This document shows, piece by piece, positions 19,943 to 29,812 of a DNA stretch of 32,000 nt (position 1 is the stretch's first letter; every line of letters begins with the position of its first letter). Source of the stretch: an uncultured Methanobacteriaceae archaeon (GTDB lineage Archaea > Methanobacteriota > Methanobacteria > Methanobacteriales > Methanobacteriaceae); NCBI GenBank assembly GCA_963707035.1, contig CAVPON010000009.1, forward strand, positions 95,704 through 127,703, read 5' to 3'. The notes under the pieces were generated by a model, which saw only the letters and a list, made by a program, of their open reading frames with translations, made no database searches and was not told the DNA's origin. The position numbers were made by a program, and so were the translations under genes.

Positions 19943-20299
19943 ATGGCGTTAATATTGGTTAGAGCGGATAGTGATAAGAAAATCTTAAATGCATTAGCGG
20001 ATTTGGAGAGACATGCTAAATTAAAGATCACTGGAAAGCCGAGAATTCTAGAAGCAAATATTGCTGATAAATTTATGAAAGGGATTTTAAAACAAGAATT
20101 GAAAAGAAAAACTAAGTTTGCAGTTATGGTAAGGGTTCAGGAGGATACTACTAAAAGCATAATGCAGGTAAAGAGTATACATCCTCCCGCACATATTATG
20201 GTTTTAAGCCGTGAATACTCTGATTATCCAGAATTAGAAAAAATTTTCAAAGAACTCAAACCATTAAGAGGATATTACTCTCATAAAAACTCTTCTTAA
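19943..20299 (+). CDS. Small cytoplasmic protein, function unknown (basic, K/E-rich)
   Basis: 118-aa ORF, 18 nt after the surface-protein gene, with SD AAGGAGAG. No signal peptide or recognisable motif. Confidence 0.5.
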   Translation: MALILVRADSDKKILNALADLERHAKLKITGKPRILEANIADKFMKGILKQELKRKTKFAVMVRVQEDTTKSIMQVKSIHPPAHIMVLSREYSDYPELEKIFKELKPLRGYYSHKNSS

Positions 20300-20465
20300 A
20301 ATATTTATTTATAAAAAAAAGAAAACCATTGAGTAATTATTTTTTTAATTCTTGAAATAAAAAATATTTTTTTTTAGACACTAAAAATTAAATTAAAAAA
20401 TAGAAAAATATCCTATTCAATCTTTTAAAATAATAAGGAATAGATTCGTATCTTATAAAAAAAAT

Positions 20466-20933
20466 TTAACGATTCTTTTTTATAAAAGCTATATCTCCAA
20501 TAGTCGCCCCTCTAATTCTTTGAGATCCTTTATCTTCTAAATTTTCATCTTCGACTTTTTCAAGAAGACTCACATTCAAGATTTTCTCAAGTTTCCTAGC
20601 GAGCTTAATATCAGGAACCATTTTCCCAGATTCAATCCGACCAATGACTGAAACTTTCTCATAAACCTTTTCAGCCAAATTTTCTCTAGACCATCCTAAA
20701 TTTTCTCTGGCCTTACGTATAACTGTATTAAAATCCTCTAAAACCTCATTAGAAGGTTCCTTATATCTAGGACGTCGCGGAGGAGTTCTTTTTTTGATCA
20801 CTCTTTGAGGTTCTTTTTGAACTTTACCAAATTTTGAACATTCCTGACAGGTTTGCATAACTGAACCTTCAATTTTTACTCTAACGGGTGTCCCAATCAC
20901 TTTTTTACCGCAAATCTCACATCTCATAATCAC
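20466..20933 (-). CDS. Archaeal multiprotein bridging factor 1 (MBF1): N-terminal zinc ribbon plus Cro/C1-type HTH
   Basis: The Zn ribbon is CEICGK...CQECSKFG. The HTH is IRKARENLGWSRENLAEKVYEKVSVIGRIESGKMVPDIKLARKLEKILNV. Confidence 0.88.
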   Translation of the reverse strand: MIMRCEICGKKVIGTPVRVKIEGSVMQTCQECSKFGKVQKEPQRVIKKRTPPRRPRYKEPSNEVLEDFNTVIRKARENLGWSRENLAEKVYEKVSVIGRIESGKMVPDIKLARKLEKILNVSLLEKVEDENLEDKGSQRIRGATIGDIAFIKKNR

Positions 20934-21079
20934 ATACCTTTTTTATAAATTTATATACTGTATATTACTTCAGTTACCTCAATATTTAAATATTATTAAG
21001 TATAATAAATTGGTTATATAATTATAAAAATCAAAATAATAAATTAACAGTCAAAATCAAATAGGAGTGAGCTAGGATC

Positions 21080-22312
21080 ATGGAAAACATGTCCCAAAAT
21101 ATTCTTAAAAAAATTGAAGACCTCAAAAAGGAGATAAAGCTTCTTAAAGAAGAAAATACTAAAACTAAAAGAAATTTAATGTGGAAGGTAAGAAAACTTG
21201 AAAAAGACAAAGTATTGATGGAAAACGAAAAAATGCGGCTTGATAGAGAAGTGAAATCATTGAGAGGAGAAATTGAAAGATTCAGATCCCCTCCATTAGT
21301 CATAGCCACAGTAACTGAAGTTTTAGATGATGGAAAAGTAGTCGTAAAAAGTAGCACCGGTCCACATTTCGTTATAGGATATTCACGCTTCTTAGATGAT
21401 AATGCCTTAGAACCAGGAGTTAGAGTAGCTTTAAATCAGCAAACATTTGGCATTGTAAATGTATTACCCTCTGAAAAAGACCCATTAGTAACTGGAATGG
21501 AAGTAGAAGAAAAACCAGATATAAGTTATGAACAAATCGGTGGATTAGAAGCTCAAATAGTGGAAATTAAAGAAACAGTAGAATTACCACTCAAAAGACC
21601 AGAATTATTCGAAGAAATAGGAATAGAACCACCAAAAGGAGTATTACTTTATGGTCCTCCGGGTACTGGTAAAACATTGCTTGCTAAAGCTGTAGCTCAT
21701 GAAACTAACGCTACATTCATAAAAATTGTAGCATCAGAATTTGTAAAAAAATATATAGGTGAAGGAGCACGATTAGTAAGAGGAGTTTTCGAGTTAGCTA
21801 AAGAAAAAGCACCTAGTATAATATTTATGGACGAAATTGATGCAATTGCAGCTAAAAGACTTAAAAGCTCAACCAGTGGAGATCGAGAAGTTCAAAGAAC
21901 TTTAATGCAATTACTTGCAGAAATGGATGGATTCGAAGGTCGAGGAGACGTTGGTATAGTCGCCGCTACTAACCGTCCTGACATATTAGATCCTGCATTA
22001 TTACGTCCAGGTAGATTCGACAGATTTATAGAAGTGCATATTCCAAACGAAGATGGTAGGATGGAGATACTTAAAATCCATACTAAAAATATGACACTTA
22101 ATGAAGAAGTTGATATTCGAATGGTAGCTTCCATGACCGAAGGAGCATCTGGAGCAGATCTCAAAGCTATCTGCACTGAATCAGGTATGTTTGCTATTCG
22201 AGAAGAAAGAGTTACTGTTACTATGAACGACTTCCTGGATGCTGTGGATAAAATAATGGGCATTGAACGTGAAGAAGAAATGCGGAAAGAAGCCGGAGTA
22301 ATGTACGGATAA
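21080..22312 (+). CDS. pan: Proteasome-activating nucleotidase PAN (AAA+ ATPase)
   Basis: 410 aa. It has an N-terminal coiled coil, an OB region ([21 protein letters not shown]), Walker A GPPGTGKT, Walker [10 protein letters not shown], the second region of homology ([20 protein letters not shown]) and a hydrophobic-Tyr-X C-terminus (MYG). Confidence 0.95.
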   Translation: MENMSQNILKKIEDLKKEIKLLKEENTKTKRNLMWKVRKLEKDKVLMENEKMRLDREVKSLRGEIERFRSPPLVIATVTEVLDDGKVVVKSSTGPHFVIGYSRFLDDNALEPGVRVALNQQTFGIVNVLPSEKDPLVTGMEVEEKPDISYEQIGGLEAQIVEIKETVELPLKRPELFEEIGIEPPKGVLLYGPPGTGKTLLAKAVAHETNATFIKIVASEFVKKYIGEGARLVRGVFELAKEKAPSIIFMDEIDAIAAKRLKSSTSGDREVQRTLMQLLAEMDGFEGRGDVGIVAATNRPDILDPALLRPGRFDRFIEVHIPNEDGRMEILKIHTKNMTLNEEVDIRMVASMTEGASGADLKAICTESGMFAIREERVTVTMNDFLDAVDKIMGIEREEEMRKEAGVMYG

Positions 22313-22334
22313 TTTCATAGGAATTCATCCTCTA

Positions 22335-22343
22335 TTTTTTTTT
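22335..22343 (+). terminator. Oligo-T terminator after pan
   Basis: A run of 9 T begins about 20 nt after the pan stop. Confidence 0.45.
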
Positions 22344-22571
22344 AAATTAAATCATTTGATATTTCTGTATAAATAACAGTATTATCATATGAAAAATTTT
22401 TTATTTTATCGAAGAATTAATCCATATTTTTTTCTACTAATTTCTTAATTATATAAAAAAATATTGAACATATATAATAATCTTCAGTATTTGTTTAGAG
22501 TATTTTATAAAAAAATTGATAAAATTATGTAATATGTCTAAAGCAAGCTCATATTTAAAATTGGTGAATTT

Positions 22572-23015
22572 ATGACTGAACATGAACAAGTGGAAGTTAA
22601 AATCAATGATGATTTTTATATTTATGTTGATGAAGGATTAGGTGATATTGTTAAAAACTTTTTTCACTGGGAAATTGAAACATGTAATTCCTGTATTGAT
22701 ATGAATGGATCAATATGGATAGAATTTTGTGATTTTAATGATTGGAGAAAATTTTTAGAATTAACATTACGTAATAACATCGAAGTAAACGGTACTAAAC
22801 ATAAACGTGAAACTCTTTGGGATTTTTTCCAAAATAAATCAAAAGTAAAATTAGTTTTCGATGAAGAAGTCATAGAAAATCCTAATATTGAAGATGATGT
22901 TATAGGTACTGGTGTTTTGATTATTTGTGTTGGTTTAACTTTTCCTAAAAAATTATTGAATAATTTTAAGAAACTGTTCTTTGAAGTTTTACCACCGAAA
23001 AATAAAAGGGAATAA
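22572..23015 (+). CDS. Hypothetical protein (orphan-like, acidic N-terminus, basic C-terminus)
   Basis: 147-aa ORF flanked by long AT-rich spacers. No motif recognised. Codon usage resembles the neighbours. Confidence 0.4.
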   Translation: MTEHEQVEVKINDDFYIYVDEGLGDIVKNFFHWEIETCNSCIDMNGSIWIEFCDFNDWRKFLELTLRNNIEVNGTKHKRETLWDFFQNKSKVKLVFDEEVIENPNIEDDVIGTGVLIICVGLTFPKKLLNNFKKLFFEVLPPKNKRE

Positions 23016-23145
23016 TTAGATTTTTTGGAAATTAGTTTCTAAAAATAGTATAAATTATTTAATGTTATAATTATAATATTGCAGAATTTAATAAATTATA
23101 TTAGATTAAAATAATAGAGTTATATTAAATAAATAATCTCTTTTG

Positions 23146-23201
23146 GCCGATGATGAACCCTATGAGCTCTGAACCGTGATGAATGATGGGCGAACTGAGG
23201 C
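23146..23201 (+). ncRNA. C/D-box sRNA (2'-O-methylation guide)
   Basis: The sequence reads GCC-G-ATGATGA(C)-ACCCTATGAGCT(12 nt)-CTGA(D')-ACC-GTGATGA(C')-ATGATGGGCGAA(12 nt)-CTGA(D)-GGC. All four boxes are perfect. Both guides are 12 nt. The terminal GCC/GGC can pair. TATA-like TTATATTA at 23120-23127. It is the only GC-enriched island in this spacer. Confidence 0.85.
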
Positions 23202-23253
23202 TTTAAATTTATAATTAACTTATTATACCAAGTTTAAAAATCTTTTTTTTTAT

Positions 23254-24054
23254 TTAATTTTTTGTATAAGCTATAGAATTAATAATTTCTTTTAATAAAT
23301 CATTTATATTATTGAAAACGGTTTTCTTATTAATTTCTGAAATTATTGGTCGCGCAACCATAACAACTGGAATTCCCAACTCTAAGGCTGCATTTATTTT
23401 AGAAGGAGTTCCACCCTCATCTCCACTTTCCTTAGTTATTATTATACTTATATTATATTCCTTCATTAAAGCCCGATTGAAGTCTGTGGAGAAAATTCCC
23501 TGCATTGCTATTATATTTTCCGGTGACAAGCCTAAATCAAGGCATTTTTTAATTGAATATAATGAAGGTAGAACTCTTACCACTATATTTTCTGTATTTA
23601 AAACTTGTGTTAAGTAATGTAAAGTCATAACTCCTGCTAAATGGAAAATTCGAGGGTTATCACTGTCTATAATTTCCAAAACTTTTGATGATAAATTTTC
23701 AAATGAAGGGATAGTATGAATAAGATCATTTTCAGGGAAATTTATAGAAGGTCTTTCAAAACGTAAATATTTTATACCAGTATCATTAGATGCTTTTATG
23801 GCATTTCGCGTGGCATCCTCTGCGAAGGGATGAGTTGCATCTATTAGGAGATCTATTTTCTTTGTTTTGATAATTTTTTCAATAGCTTCTTTATTCAATG
23901 CCTCGGATATTATTTCTTGGGCACCGGCGGATTTAGCCAAATTTCCACCTTCCTTCGTTACTGTAGTAGCAATTATATGAGTATTTTCAAGGGAAGCTAT
24001 CATGGCTATAATTTGTACCCCTTCAGTTGTACCTGCCATTACCATTATCTCCAT
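23254..24054 (-). CDS. cbiJ: Cobalt-precorrin-6A / precorrin-6x reductase (CbiJ/CobK)
   Basis: 266 aa. The N-terminal MVMAGTTEGVQI, then IDATHPFAEDATRNA, LRFERP and GIPVVMVARP are typical CbiJ blocks. SD GAGGT lies 5-6 nt upstream of ATG 24054. Confidence 0.85.
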   Translation of the reverse strand: MEIMVMAGTTEGVQIIAMIASLENTHIIATTVTKEGGNLAKSAGAQEIISEALNKEAIEKIIKTKKIDLLIDATHPFAEDATRNAIKASNDTGIKYLRFERPSINFPENDLIHTIPSFENLSSKVLEIIDSDNPRIFHLAGVMTLHYLTQVLNTENIVVRVLPSLYSIKKCLDLGLSPENIIAMQGIFSTDFNRALMKEYNISIIITKESGDEGGTPSKINAALELGIPVVMVARPIISEINKKTVFNNINDLLKEIINSIAYTKN

Positions 24055-24171
24055 ATAAGACCTCTTTAATCATTTAGATTCATTTATTAAATCAATTCAA
24101 TAAAAATTTAATTTTTTTTAAGATACTTTTAAAAATTTAGCAGATTCAAATTATATAATCTAAATATTTTG

Positions 24172-24561
24172 TTAAATCTTTTTTAACATATAAAAAAACG
24201 TTTTATTATAGTTAATTAGTTCCAGTTTTCTCTGTGAATTAATATAATCCGTAGATAATGGTTTAATAATAAGATCTGATCCCACTTTCTCTGCAACTTT
24301 TACTAAATGAGGATGTAATTCCTCTGGAGGTCGAATTGAATAGATGAGTGAAGCATTCTTATATATTTTTAAGTTAGGAAAGCCAATATCATCTTGTATA
24401 ATTCTTGCATGGGAAGGTTTAATATCCGTCATGATTATATTCAACTTAAGATGTTTTCTTAAGCAGAAGGCAATTTCTAAGAAGTTTCCCACAGCCACTT
24501 CAACTATCTTAGGGGCATGGCTGTAATTGTTGATGATATATCGGGTAAAATCATTCCACAT
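24172..24561 (-). CDS. UPF0146-family protein (small Rossmann-like, archaeal)
   Basis: 129 aa. KIVEVAVGNF...IMTDIKP...IIQDDIGFPNLKIYKNASLIYSIRPPEELHPHLVKVAEKVGSDLIIKPL matches my recollection of the UPF0146 pattern (YSIRPP.EL). Confidence 0.65.
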   Translation of the reverse strand: MWNDFTRYIINNYSHAPKIVEVAVGNFLEIAFCLRKHLKLNIIMTDIKPSHARIIQDDIGFPNLKIYKNASLIYSIRPPEELHPHLVKVAEKVGSDLIIKPLSTDYINSQRKLELINYNKTFFYMLKKI

Positions 24562-24606
24562 AATTTTTGCACGGTTCCCAAAATTTTTTTTACCTGGAGA
24601 ATTTTA

Positions 24607-25053
24607 ATGATAATAAGAGAATTTAAAAGACAAGATATTAAAAGAGTTTTGGAAATTGAGAATAAATCTTTCAAAGATCCTTACCCACCCAAAATCTTAA
24701 TTGATATTTTTAATTTAGGCGCAGGATTTTTAGTTGCTCAAGAAGATAATATTGTAGTAGGATATATTATATTTTGGATCAGATTTGAGGATGAAGGACA
24801 TATAATATCTATAGCTGTGGATGATGAATATCGCAGGAAAAATGTTGGATCTCAATTAGTAGAAACAGCACTTGAAATTTTCAAACGTTATAATGTCAAT
24901 ATTCTAAAATTAGAAGTGAGAGTCAGTAATGGTGGTGCCATTAAATTCTATAATGAAATGGGATTCAATAAGAAAGAGATTCTTAAAAAATATTATGAAG
25001 ATTATGAAGATGCAGTATTGATGGAAATGGATTTGGATGCTGAATTTGATTAG
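24607..25053 (+). CDS. rimI: GNAT N-acetyltransferase, RimI-like (ribosomal protein / N-terminal acetyltransferase)
   Basis: MIIREFKRQDIKRVLEIENKSF... with the acetyl-CoA motif RRKNVGSQLVE. The track ORF starts at 24517, but that extension overlaps the divergent UPF0146 gene and has no homology-like content. ATG 24607 has SD GGAGA upstream. Confidence 0.8.
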   Translation: MIIREFKRQDIKRVLEIENKSFKDPYPPKILIDIFNLGAGFLVAQEDNIVVGYIIFWIRFEDEGHIISIAVDDEYRRKNVGSQLVETALEIFKRYNVNILKLEVRVSNGGAIKFYNEMGFNKKEILKKYYEDYEDAVLMEMDLDAEFD

Positions 25054-25155
25054 AAAAGAAATTTTTACTAGTAAATTTTGTTTATTAAAATAAATTCTAA
25101 TGAGGTTTTTCGATTTAGAAGAGAAATGTTTTTCAAATATAATTGGTGAGTGTAA

Positions 25156-26238
25156 ATGGTAAATGAAGCGAAATTGGCTTTAGAAGATGGAACTATATAT
25201 AATGGTGAAAGTTTCGGTTATGAGACAATTAAAAGTGGAGAAGTGGTTTTTGCAACTGGAATGACAGGATATGTTGAATCATTGACTGACCCTTCATATA
25301 AAGGTCAAATACTTATGTCCACTTATCCTTTACAGGGTAATTATGGAGTATCCCGGGAATGGTTTCAATCTGAGGGTATTAAAGCTGAAGGATTTATCGT
25401 AAGAGAACTTAATACTCATCCTTCCCATAGTAAGTCAGAATTAAGTCTTAATAACTTTTTAGAGGAAAATAGCATACCTGGTATCAGCGGTATTGATACT
25501 AGATCTCTCACCCTCAAAATCCGGGAACATGGAACTATGAAAGGTGTTCTATCTACAGAAGATATAGAAGACACCGAATTACTTGAATTAGTTCGTGGAC
25601 AACCTGATATTGGGGAGTTAGATTTAGTGGATCGGGTTTGTGTTAGTGAACCACGAATTCTAGGTGAAGATTACAATCATCGTGCTGTAGTATTAGATTG
25701 TGGTATAAAAAATAATAGCATTAACGCCTTACTTAAAAGAAAGATTGAAGTAGTGGTTTTACCTTATAACATGGATGCTAAGGATATTTTAGATTATGAT
25801 GCGGATGCTATACTAGTTTCGAGTGGACCAGGTGATCCTATTAGAGTTAAAAAGGCAATTGAGAACGTTCGTGATTTATCTGAAGAAATGCCAATCTTTG
25901 GTATATGTTTGGGGCAACAAATTATTGGTTTAGCGTTTGGTGCTGAGATCTATAAGATGAAATTCGGACATCGTGGAATAAATCAACCCATTAAGGATTT
26001 AATTTCAGGTAAAGTTTCCATTACTTCTCAAAATCATGGTTTTACAGTTGATCCTAGATCTGTTGAAGAAACCTCATTAGAAGTGACTCAAATAAATTTG
26101 AATGATGGTACACCTGAAGGATTGAAACATGAGGAATTACCCATATTTAGTGTACAGTATCATCCTGAAGCAGGTCCTGGACCTAATGATTCTGATTATT
26201 ATTTTGACAGCTTTTTGAATGTCATGAAAGAATATTAA
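25156..26238 (+). CDS. carA: Carbamoyl-phosphate synthase small (glutaminase) subunit
   Basis: 360 aa. N-terminal [15 protein letters not shown]...[23 protein letters not shown], GATase nucleophile elbow FGICLGQQ, and the His/Glu motif [10 protein letters not shown]. Confidence 0.95.
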   Translation: MVNEAKLALEDGTIYNGESFGYETIKSGEVVFATGMTGYVESLTDPSYKGQILMSTYPLQGNYGVSREWFQSEGIKAEGFIVRELNTHPSHSKSELSLNNFLEENSIPGISGIDTRSLTLKIREHGTMKGVLSTEDIEDTELLELVRGQPDIGELDLVDRVCVSEPRILGEDYNHRAVVLDCGIKNNSINALLKRKIEVVVLPYNMDAKDILDYDADAILVSSGPGDPIRVKKAIENVRDLSEEMPIFGICLGQQIIGLAFGAEIYKMKFGHRGINQPIKDLISGKVSITSQNHGFTVDPRSVEETSLEVTQINLNDGTPEGLKHEELPIFSVQYHPEAGPGPNDSDYYFDSFLNVMKEY

Positions 26239-26316
26239 AGAATGTTTTTAAAAAAAATGAATACAATATAATACAAATAAATTTACACATATGATAAAAA
26301 AATGAGGATTAGTATT

Positions 26317-29300
26317 ATGCCCCGAGATGAAGATATAAAAAAAGTTCTTATCATTGGCTCAGGGCCAATTCAAATTGGTCAAGCTGCAGAATTCGATTAC
26401 TCTGGTTCACAAGCATGTAAATCATTAATGGATGAAGGAATAGAAACAGTACTAGTTAACAGTAATCCAGCTACCATACAAACAGATGTAGATATGGCAG
26501 ATCAAGTTTATGTAGAACCCCTCACCCCTGAAATCGTCTCTAAAATAATAAAAAAAGAGAACCCCGATGCCATACTGCCCACTATGGGTGGACAAACTGG
26601 TTTGAACGTTGCCACCGGACTGGAAAAGATAAGTGCACTTACTGGAGTTAAAGTCATTGGATCATCAGTTGAAACTATTAGAAACGTTGAAGACAGAGAT
26701 TTATTCAGTACCTTCATGGAAAAGCTTAATGAACCAATCCCCAAAAATCATGCAGTTACGTCCCTAGAAGGAGCATTAAATGCCGTAGAAGATATTGGTT
26801 ATCCCGTTATCGTGCGTCCAGCATTTACACTAGGAGGAACCGGAGGAGGAGTAGCTTATAATAAAGAAGAACTAATAGAGGTGGCTACTCGGGGTTTGGA
26901 AATGAGTTTTATAAATCAAGTACTTGTTGATGAGTCAGTGTTAGGTTGGAAGGAATTTGAATACGAAGTTATGCGGGACAAAAATGATACTTGTATTATT
27001 GTCTGCAATATGGAAAACTTAGATCCTATGGGTATACATACTGGGGAGAGTATAGTTGTAGCACCTGCTCAAACCTTATCCGATCTTGATAATCAGAAGC
27101 TTAGAAATGCTTCAATAAAGATTATAAGAGCCCTAAAAATTCAAGGTGGCTGTAACATTCAATTTGCAGTTCATCCTATTACTGGGGAGTATAAAGTAAT
27201 TGAGGTGAATCCAAGGGTAAGTAGAAGTAGTGCATTAGCCTCTAAAGCAACTGGATATCCTATCGCTAAAATTTCCGCTAAAATTGCTGTGGGTATGACC
27301 TTGGATGAGATTCGAAATGACATCACTAAGGAGACACCAGCATCCTTCGAGCCTTCATTAGATTATGTGGTAACTAAAATTCCACGATGGCCCTTTGACA
27401 AATTTAAGGGTATAAATAGGACAATAGGGGTGCAGATGAAGTCTACTGGAGAAGTGATGAGTATTGGTAGAACCCTAGAAGAATCTTTGCATAAAGCCAT
27501 AAGATCCCTAGATATTGGTAGATACGGTTTTGATGAATTAAAATTTGATGAAAATCTTCTTAAGCATGCCACTGATAACCGTATATTCCATGTATACACT
27601 GCCCTCAAGTCAGGAATGAGTGTAGAATATATACACCAAATAACTCAGATTGATCCATTCTTCTTGTATAAAATAGTTAATATTATTAATTTTGAGGCGG
27701 ATTTAACTAAAAATAGTATCATAAATCCTCAAATTTTAAGAAAGGCTAAAAAAATGGGATTTTCAGATCGTAAACTATCAGAAATCACCGGATGTTCTGA
27801 AGAAACCATTAGAAATACTCGAAAGGAAAATCAAATTATACCCACCTATAAAATGGTAGATACCTGTGCTGCTGAATTTAAGGCTAAAACACCTTATTAT
27901 TATAGTACTTATGAATCTGAGGATGAAGTACCAGTTTCTCTTGATAAAAAAGTAATTATTATCGGAGCAGGACCTATTAGAATTGGTCAGGGTATAGAAT
28001 TTGATTATTGTTGTGTTCATGCTGCCATGGCTCTTAAAGATGAAGGTATAGAAACCATAATTATAAACAATAACCCTGAAACAGTTAGTACTGATTATGA
28101 TATCTCAAATAAACTTTATTTTGAACCTTTAACATTGGAAGATGTAATGGGCATTGTAAATAAGGAAAAACCTTATGGAGTGGTGGTCCAGTTCGGTGGT
28201 CAAACCTCTATTAATTTAGCTTTACCATTAGCAAATGAAGGTGTTAAAATACTCGGAACACCTTATGAAAGTATAGACGAAGTTGAAGATAGGGAGCGCT
28301 TTACTCAGGTCTTAAATCGCTTAAAGATACCACAAGCAGATTATGGTATAGCTTATTCCTTTGAAGATGCGAGTAAAGTAGCAGATAGAATAGGATTTCC
28401 CGTGTTAGTTAGACCATCCTATGTACTTGGTGGAAGAGCCATGGAAATTGTTTATGATGATATAGAACTTAAAGAATATATGAAAGAAGCCGTACGCATA
28501 TCTCCAAAACACCCCATTCTAGTGGATAAATTCCTTGAAGACGCCATTGAAATAGATGTCGACGCACTGTGTGACGGATGTGAAGTATTCATTGGGGGAA
28601 TAATGGAACACATAGAAGAAGCAGGAGTACATTCAGGAGACTCTGCATGTGTAATACCCCCACAGAGTATTCCTGAAGATGTAATGGATACTATTAAAAA
28701 GTACACTAAGGATCTAGCCTTGGAATTAGGGGTTGTGGGATTGATAAATATTCAATACGCAGTTAAAACTGATGGAAAATCTAAAGTATATATAATAGAG
28801 GCTAACCCTCGGGCTAGTCGAACCGTTCCGTTTGTAAGTAAAGCTGTTGGAATACCTCTAGCCAAAATTGCAGCTAAACTAATGATTGGTCATAAATTAA
28901 AGGATTTAGGGTTACTAGATGAAGTCGAAATAGATCACGTAGCAGTTAAAGAATCTATTTTCCCATTTATCAAACTTCCAGGTGCAGATGCAGTTTTAGG
29001 ACCGGAAATGAGGTCTACCGGAGAGAGCATGGGTATTGATAAAAGTTTTGGAGTTTCATATTATAAAGCTCAGCTTTCAGCAGGTATGGAACTTCCTCAA
29101 GGCGGTAAACTATTTATAAGTGTTCGTGATGCGGATAAGGGAAAAATTCAGGATATTATTAAAAAAGCTAGAGATCTGGGATTCCAACTTGTTGGAACCA
29201 TTGGAACTGCACATGCATTGGGAAATGATGTAAAAATTGATATAGTGAATAAAGTAAGCCAAAGTTCCCCTAATATCAAAGATGCCATATTAAACAGAGA

Positions 29301-29502
29301 AATAGATTTAATTATAAATACCCCTTCAGGAAAGCAGTCTGCAGATGACAACTATTTAATCAGGAGAATGGCTGTAGATTTAGGAATACCCTATGTCACC
29401 ACTCTAGCTGGAGCGCGTGCAGCGCTTAATGCTATTGAAAATATCGAAAAAGGTAAAATAGGGGTTAAATCACTTAATGAATATCACAATTCATTGAACT
29501 AG
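26317..29502 (+). CDS. carB: Carbamoyl-phosphate synthase large subunit
   Basis: Two internally duplicated ATP-grasp halves ([19 protein letters not shown]... and [19 protein letters not shown]...) plus an MGS-like allosteric tail. The start is most likely ATG 26317 ([24 protein letters not shown] 7 nt upstream) rather than the track start at 26302. Confidence 0.95.
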   Translation: MPRDEDIKKVLIIGSGPIQIGQAAEFDYSGSQACKSLMDEGIETVLVNSNPATIQTDVDMADQVYVEPLTPEIVSKIIKKENPDAILPTMGGQTGLNVATGLEKISALTGVKVIGSSVETIRNVEDRDLFSTFMEKLNEPIPKNHAVTSLEGALNAVEDIGYPVIVRPAFTLGGTGGGVAYNKEELIEVATRGLEMSFINQVLVDESVLGWKEFEYEVMRDKNDTCIIVCNMENLDPMGIHTGESIVVAPAQTLSDLDNQKLRNASIKIIRALKIQGGCNIQFAVHPITGEYKVIEVNPRVSRSSALASKATGYPIAKISAKIAVGMTLDEIRNDITKETPASFEPSLDYVVTKIPRWPFDKFKGINRTIGVQMKSTGEVMSIGRTLEESLHKAIRSLDIGRYGFDELKFDENLLKHATDNRIFHVYTALKSGMSVEYIHQITQIDPFFLYKIVNIINFEADLTKNSIINPQILRKAKKMGFSDRKLSEITGCSEETIRNTRKENQIIPTYKMVDTCAAEFKAKTPYYYSTYESEDEVPVSLDKKVIIIGAGPIRIGQGIEFDYCCVHAAMALKDEGIETIIINNNPETVSTDYDISNKLYFEPLTLEDVMGIVNKEKPYGVVVQFGGQTSINLALPLANEGVKILGTPYESIDEVEDRERFTQVLNRLKIPQADYGIAYSFEDASKVADRIGFPVLVRPSYVLGGRAMEIVYDDIELKEYMKEAVRISPKHPILVDKFLEDAIEIDVDALCDGCEVFIGGIMEHIEEAGVHSGDSACVIPPQSIPEDVMDTIKKYTKDLALELGVVGLINIQYAVKTDGKSKVYIIEANPRASRTVPFVSKAVGIPLAKIAAKLMIGHKLKDLGLLDEVEIDHVAVKESIFPFIKLPGADAVLGPEMRSTGESMGIDKSFGVSYYKAQLSAGMELPQGGKLFISVRDADKGKIQDIIKKARDLGFQLVGTIGTAHALGNDVKIDIVNKVSQSSPNIKDAILNREIDLIINTPSGKQSADDNYLIRRMAVDLGIPYVTTLAGARAALNAIENIEKGKIGVKSLNEYHNSLN

Positions 29503-29571
29503 ACTTAAAACCTCGAATAGAGGATAAAATGTTTCATTACCCTTCTTTCTTAATGATATGCGACTCTTGGA

Positions 29572-29581
29572 TTTTTTTTTT
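29572..29581 (+). terminator. Oligo-T tract downstream of carB
   Basis: A run of 10 T lies about 70 nt after the carB stop. A small hairpin CCTC-GAATA-GAGG at 29509-29521 sits directly after the stop. Confidence 0.35.
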
Positions 29582-29812
29582 AACGCATAAAAAAATTTTT
29601 CTAATTTTTTAAATATTTCATTGATATAATTTCTTAGAATATGAACGACATTTTAATTTTTAGAAAAAGTTATTTTCAAGGATCATCAGGTCCTTATAAA
29701 ATTTATTAAGCAGTTTTTAATAGTGTCCTCCTGTAAGATATGTAATAGTCACATTTCAGGTCAAAAAAAGTATGAAAATGGAATTTGAGTAAAGAATTTA
29801 TTAATTTAAAAA

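Noticed and set aside
19750-20031. 93-aa minus-strand ORF spanning the junction of the 432-aa and 118-aa genes.
   Set aside because: It is antisense to two well-supported, SD-preceded plus-strand genes and has no features of its own.
21031-21357. 108-aa minus-strand ORF overlapping the pan 5' end and promoter region.
   Set aside because: It is the S/L/F-rich antisense reading of the K/E-rich PAN coiled coil. It has no SD, and it would collide with the pan promoter.
24517-24606. N-terminal 30-aa extension of the rimI ORF as given by the ORF track.
   Set aside because: It overlaps the start of the divergent UPF0146 gene and has no GNAT-like content. ATG 24607 has a proper SD and gives a canonical RimI N-terminus.
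26302-26316. The track start of carB at ATG 26302 (MRISIM...).
   Set aside because: The GAGGA in these codons serves as the SD for ATG 26317, which yields the conserved [16 protein letters not shown]-terminus.
29529-29612. 27-codon hydrophobic sORF (MFHYPSFLMICDSWIFFLTHKKIFLIF) with GAGGA 4 nt upstream, just after carB.
   Set aside because: The SD-like sequence is part of the post-carB hairpin, and the ORF runs through the oligo-T terminator tract. It is probably fortuitous.
29675-29700. A TGATGA on the minus strand (AAGGACCTGATGATCCTT) considered as a second C/D-box sRNA. Other TGATGA hits at about 7624 and 24531 were also considered.
   Set aside because: No CUGA D/D' box lies at the required ~12-nt spacing, there is no C'/D' pair, and the preceding base is not a purine.
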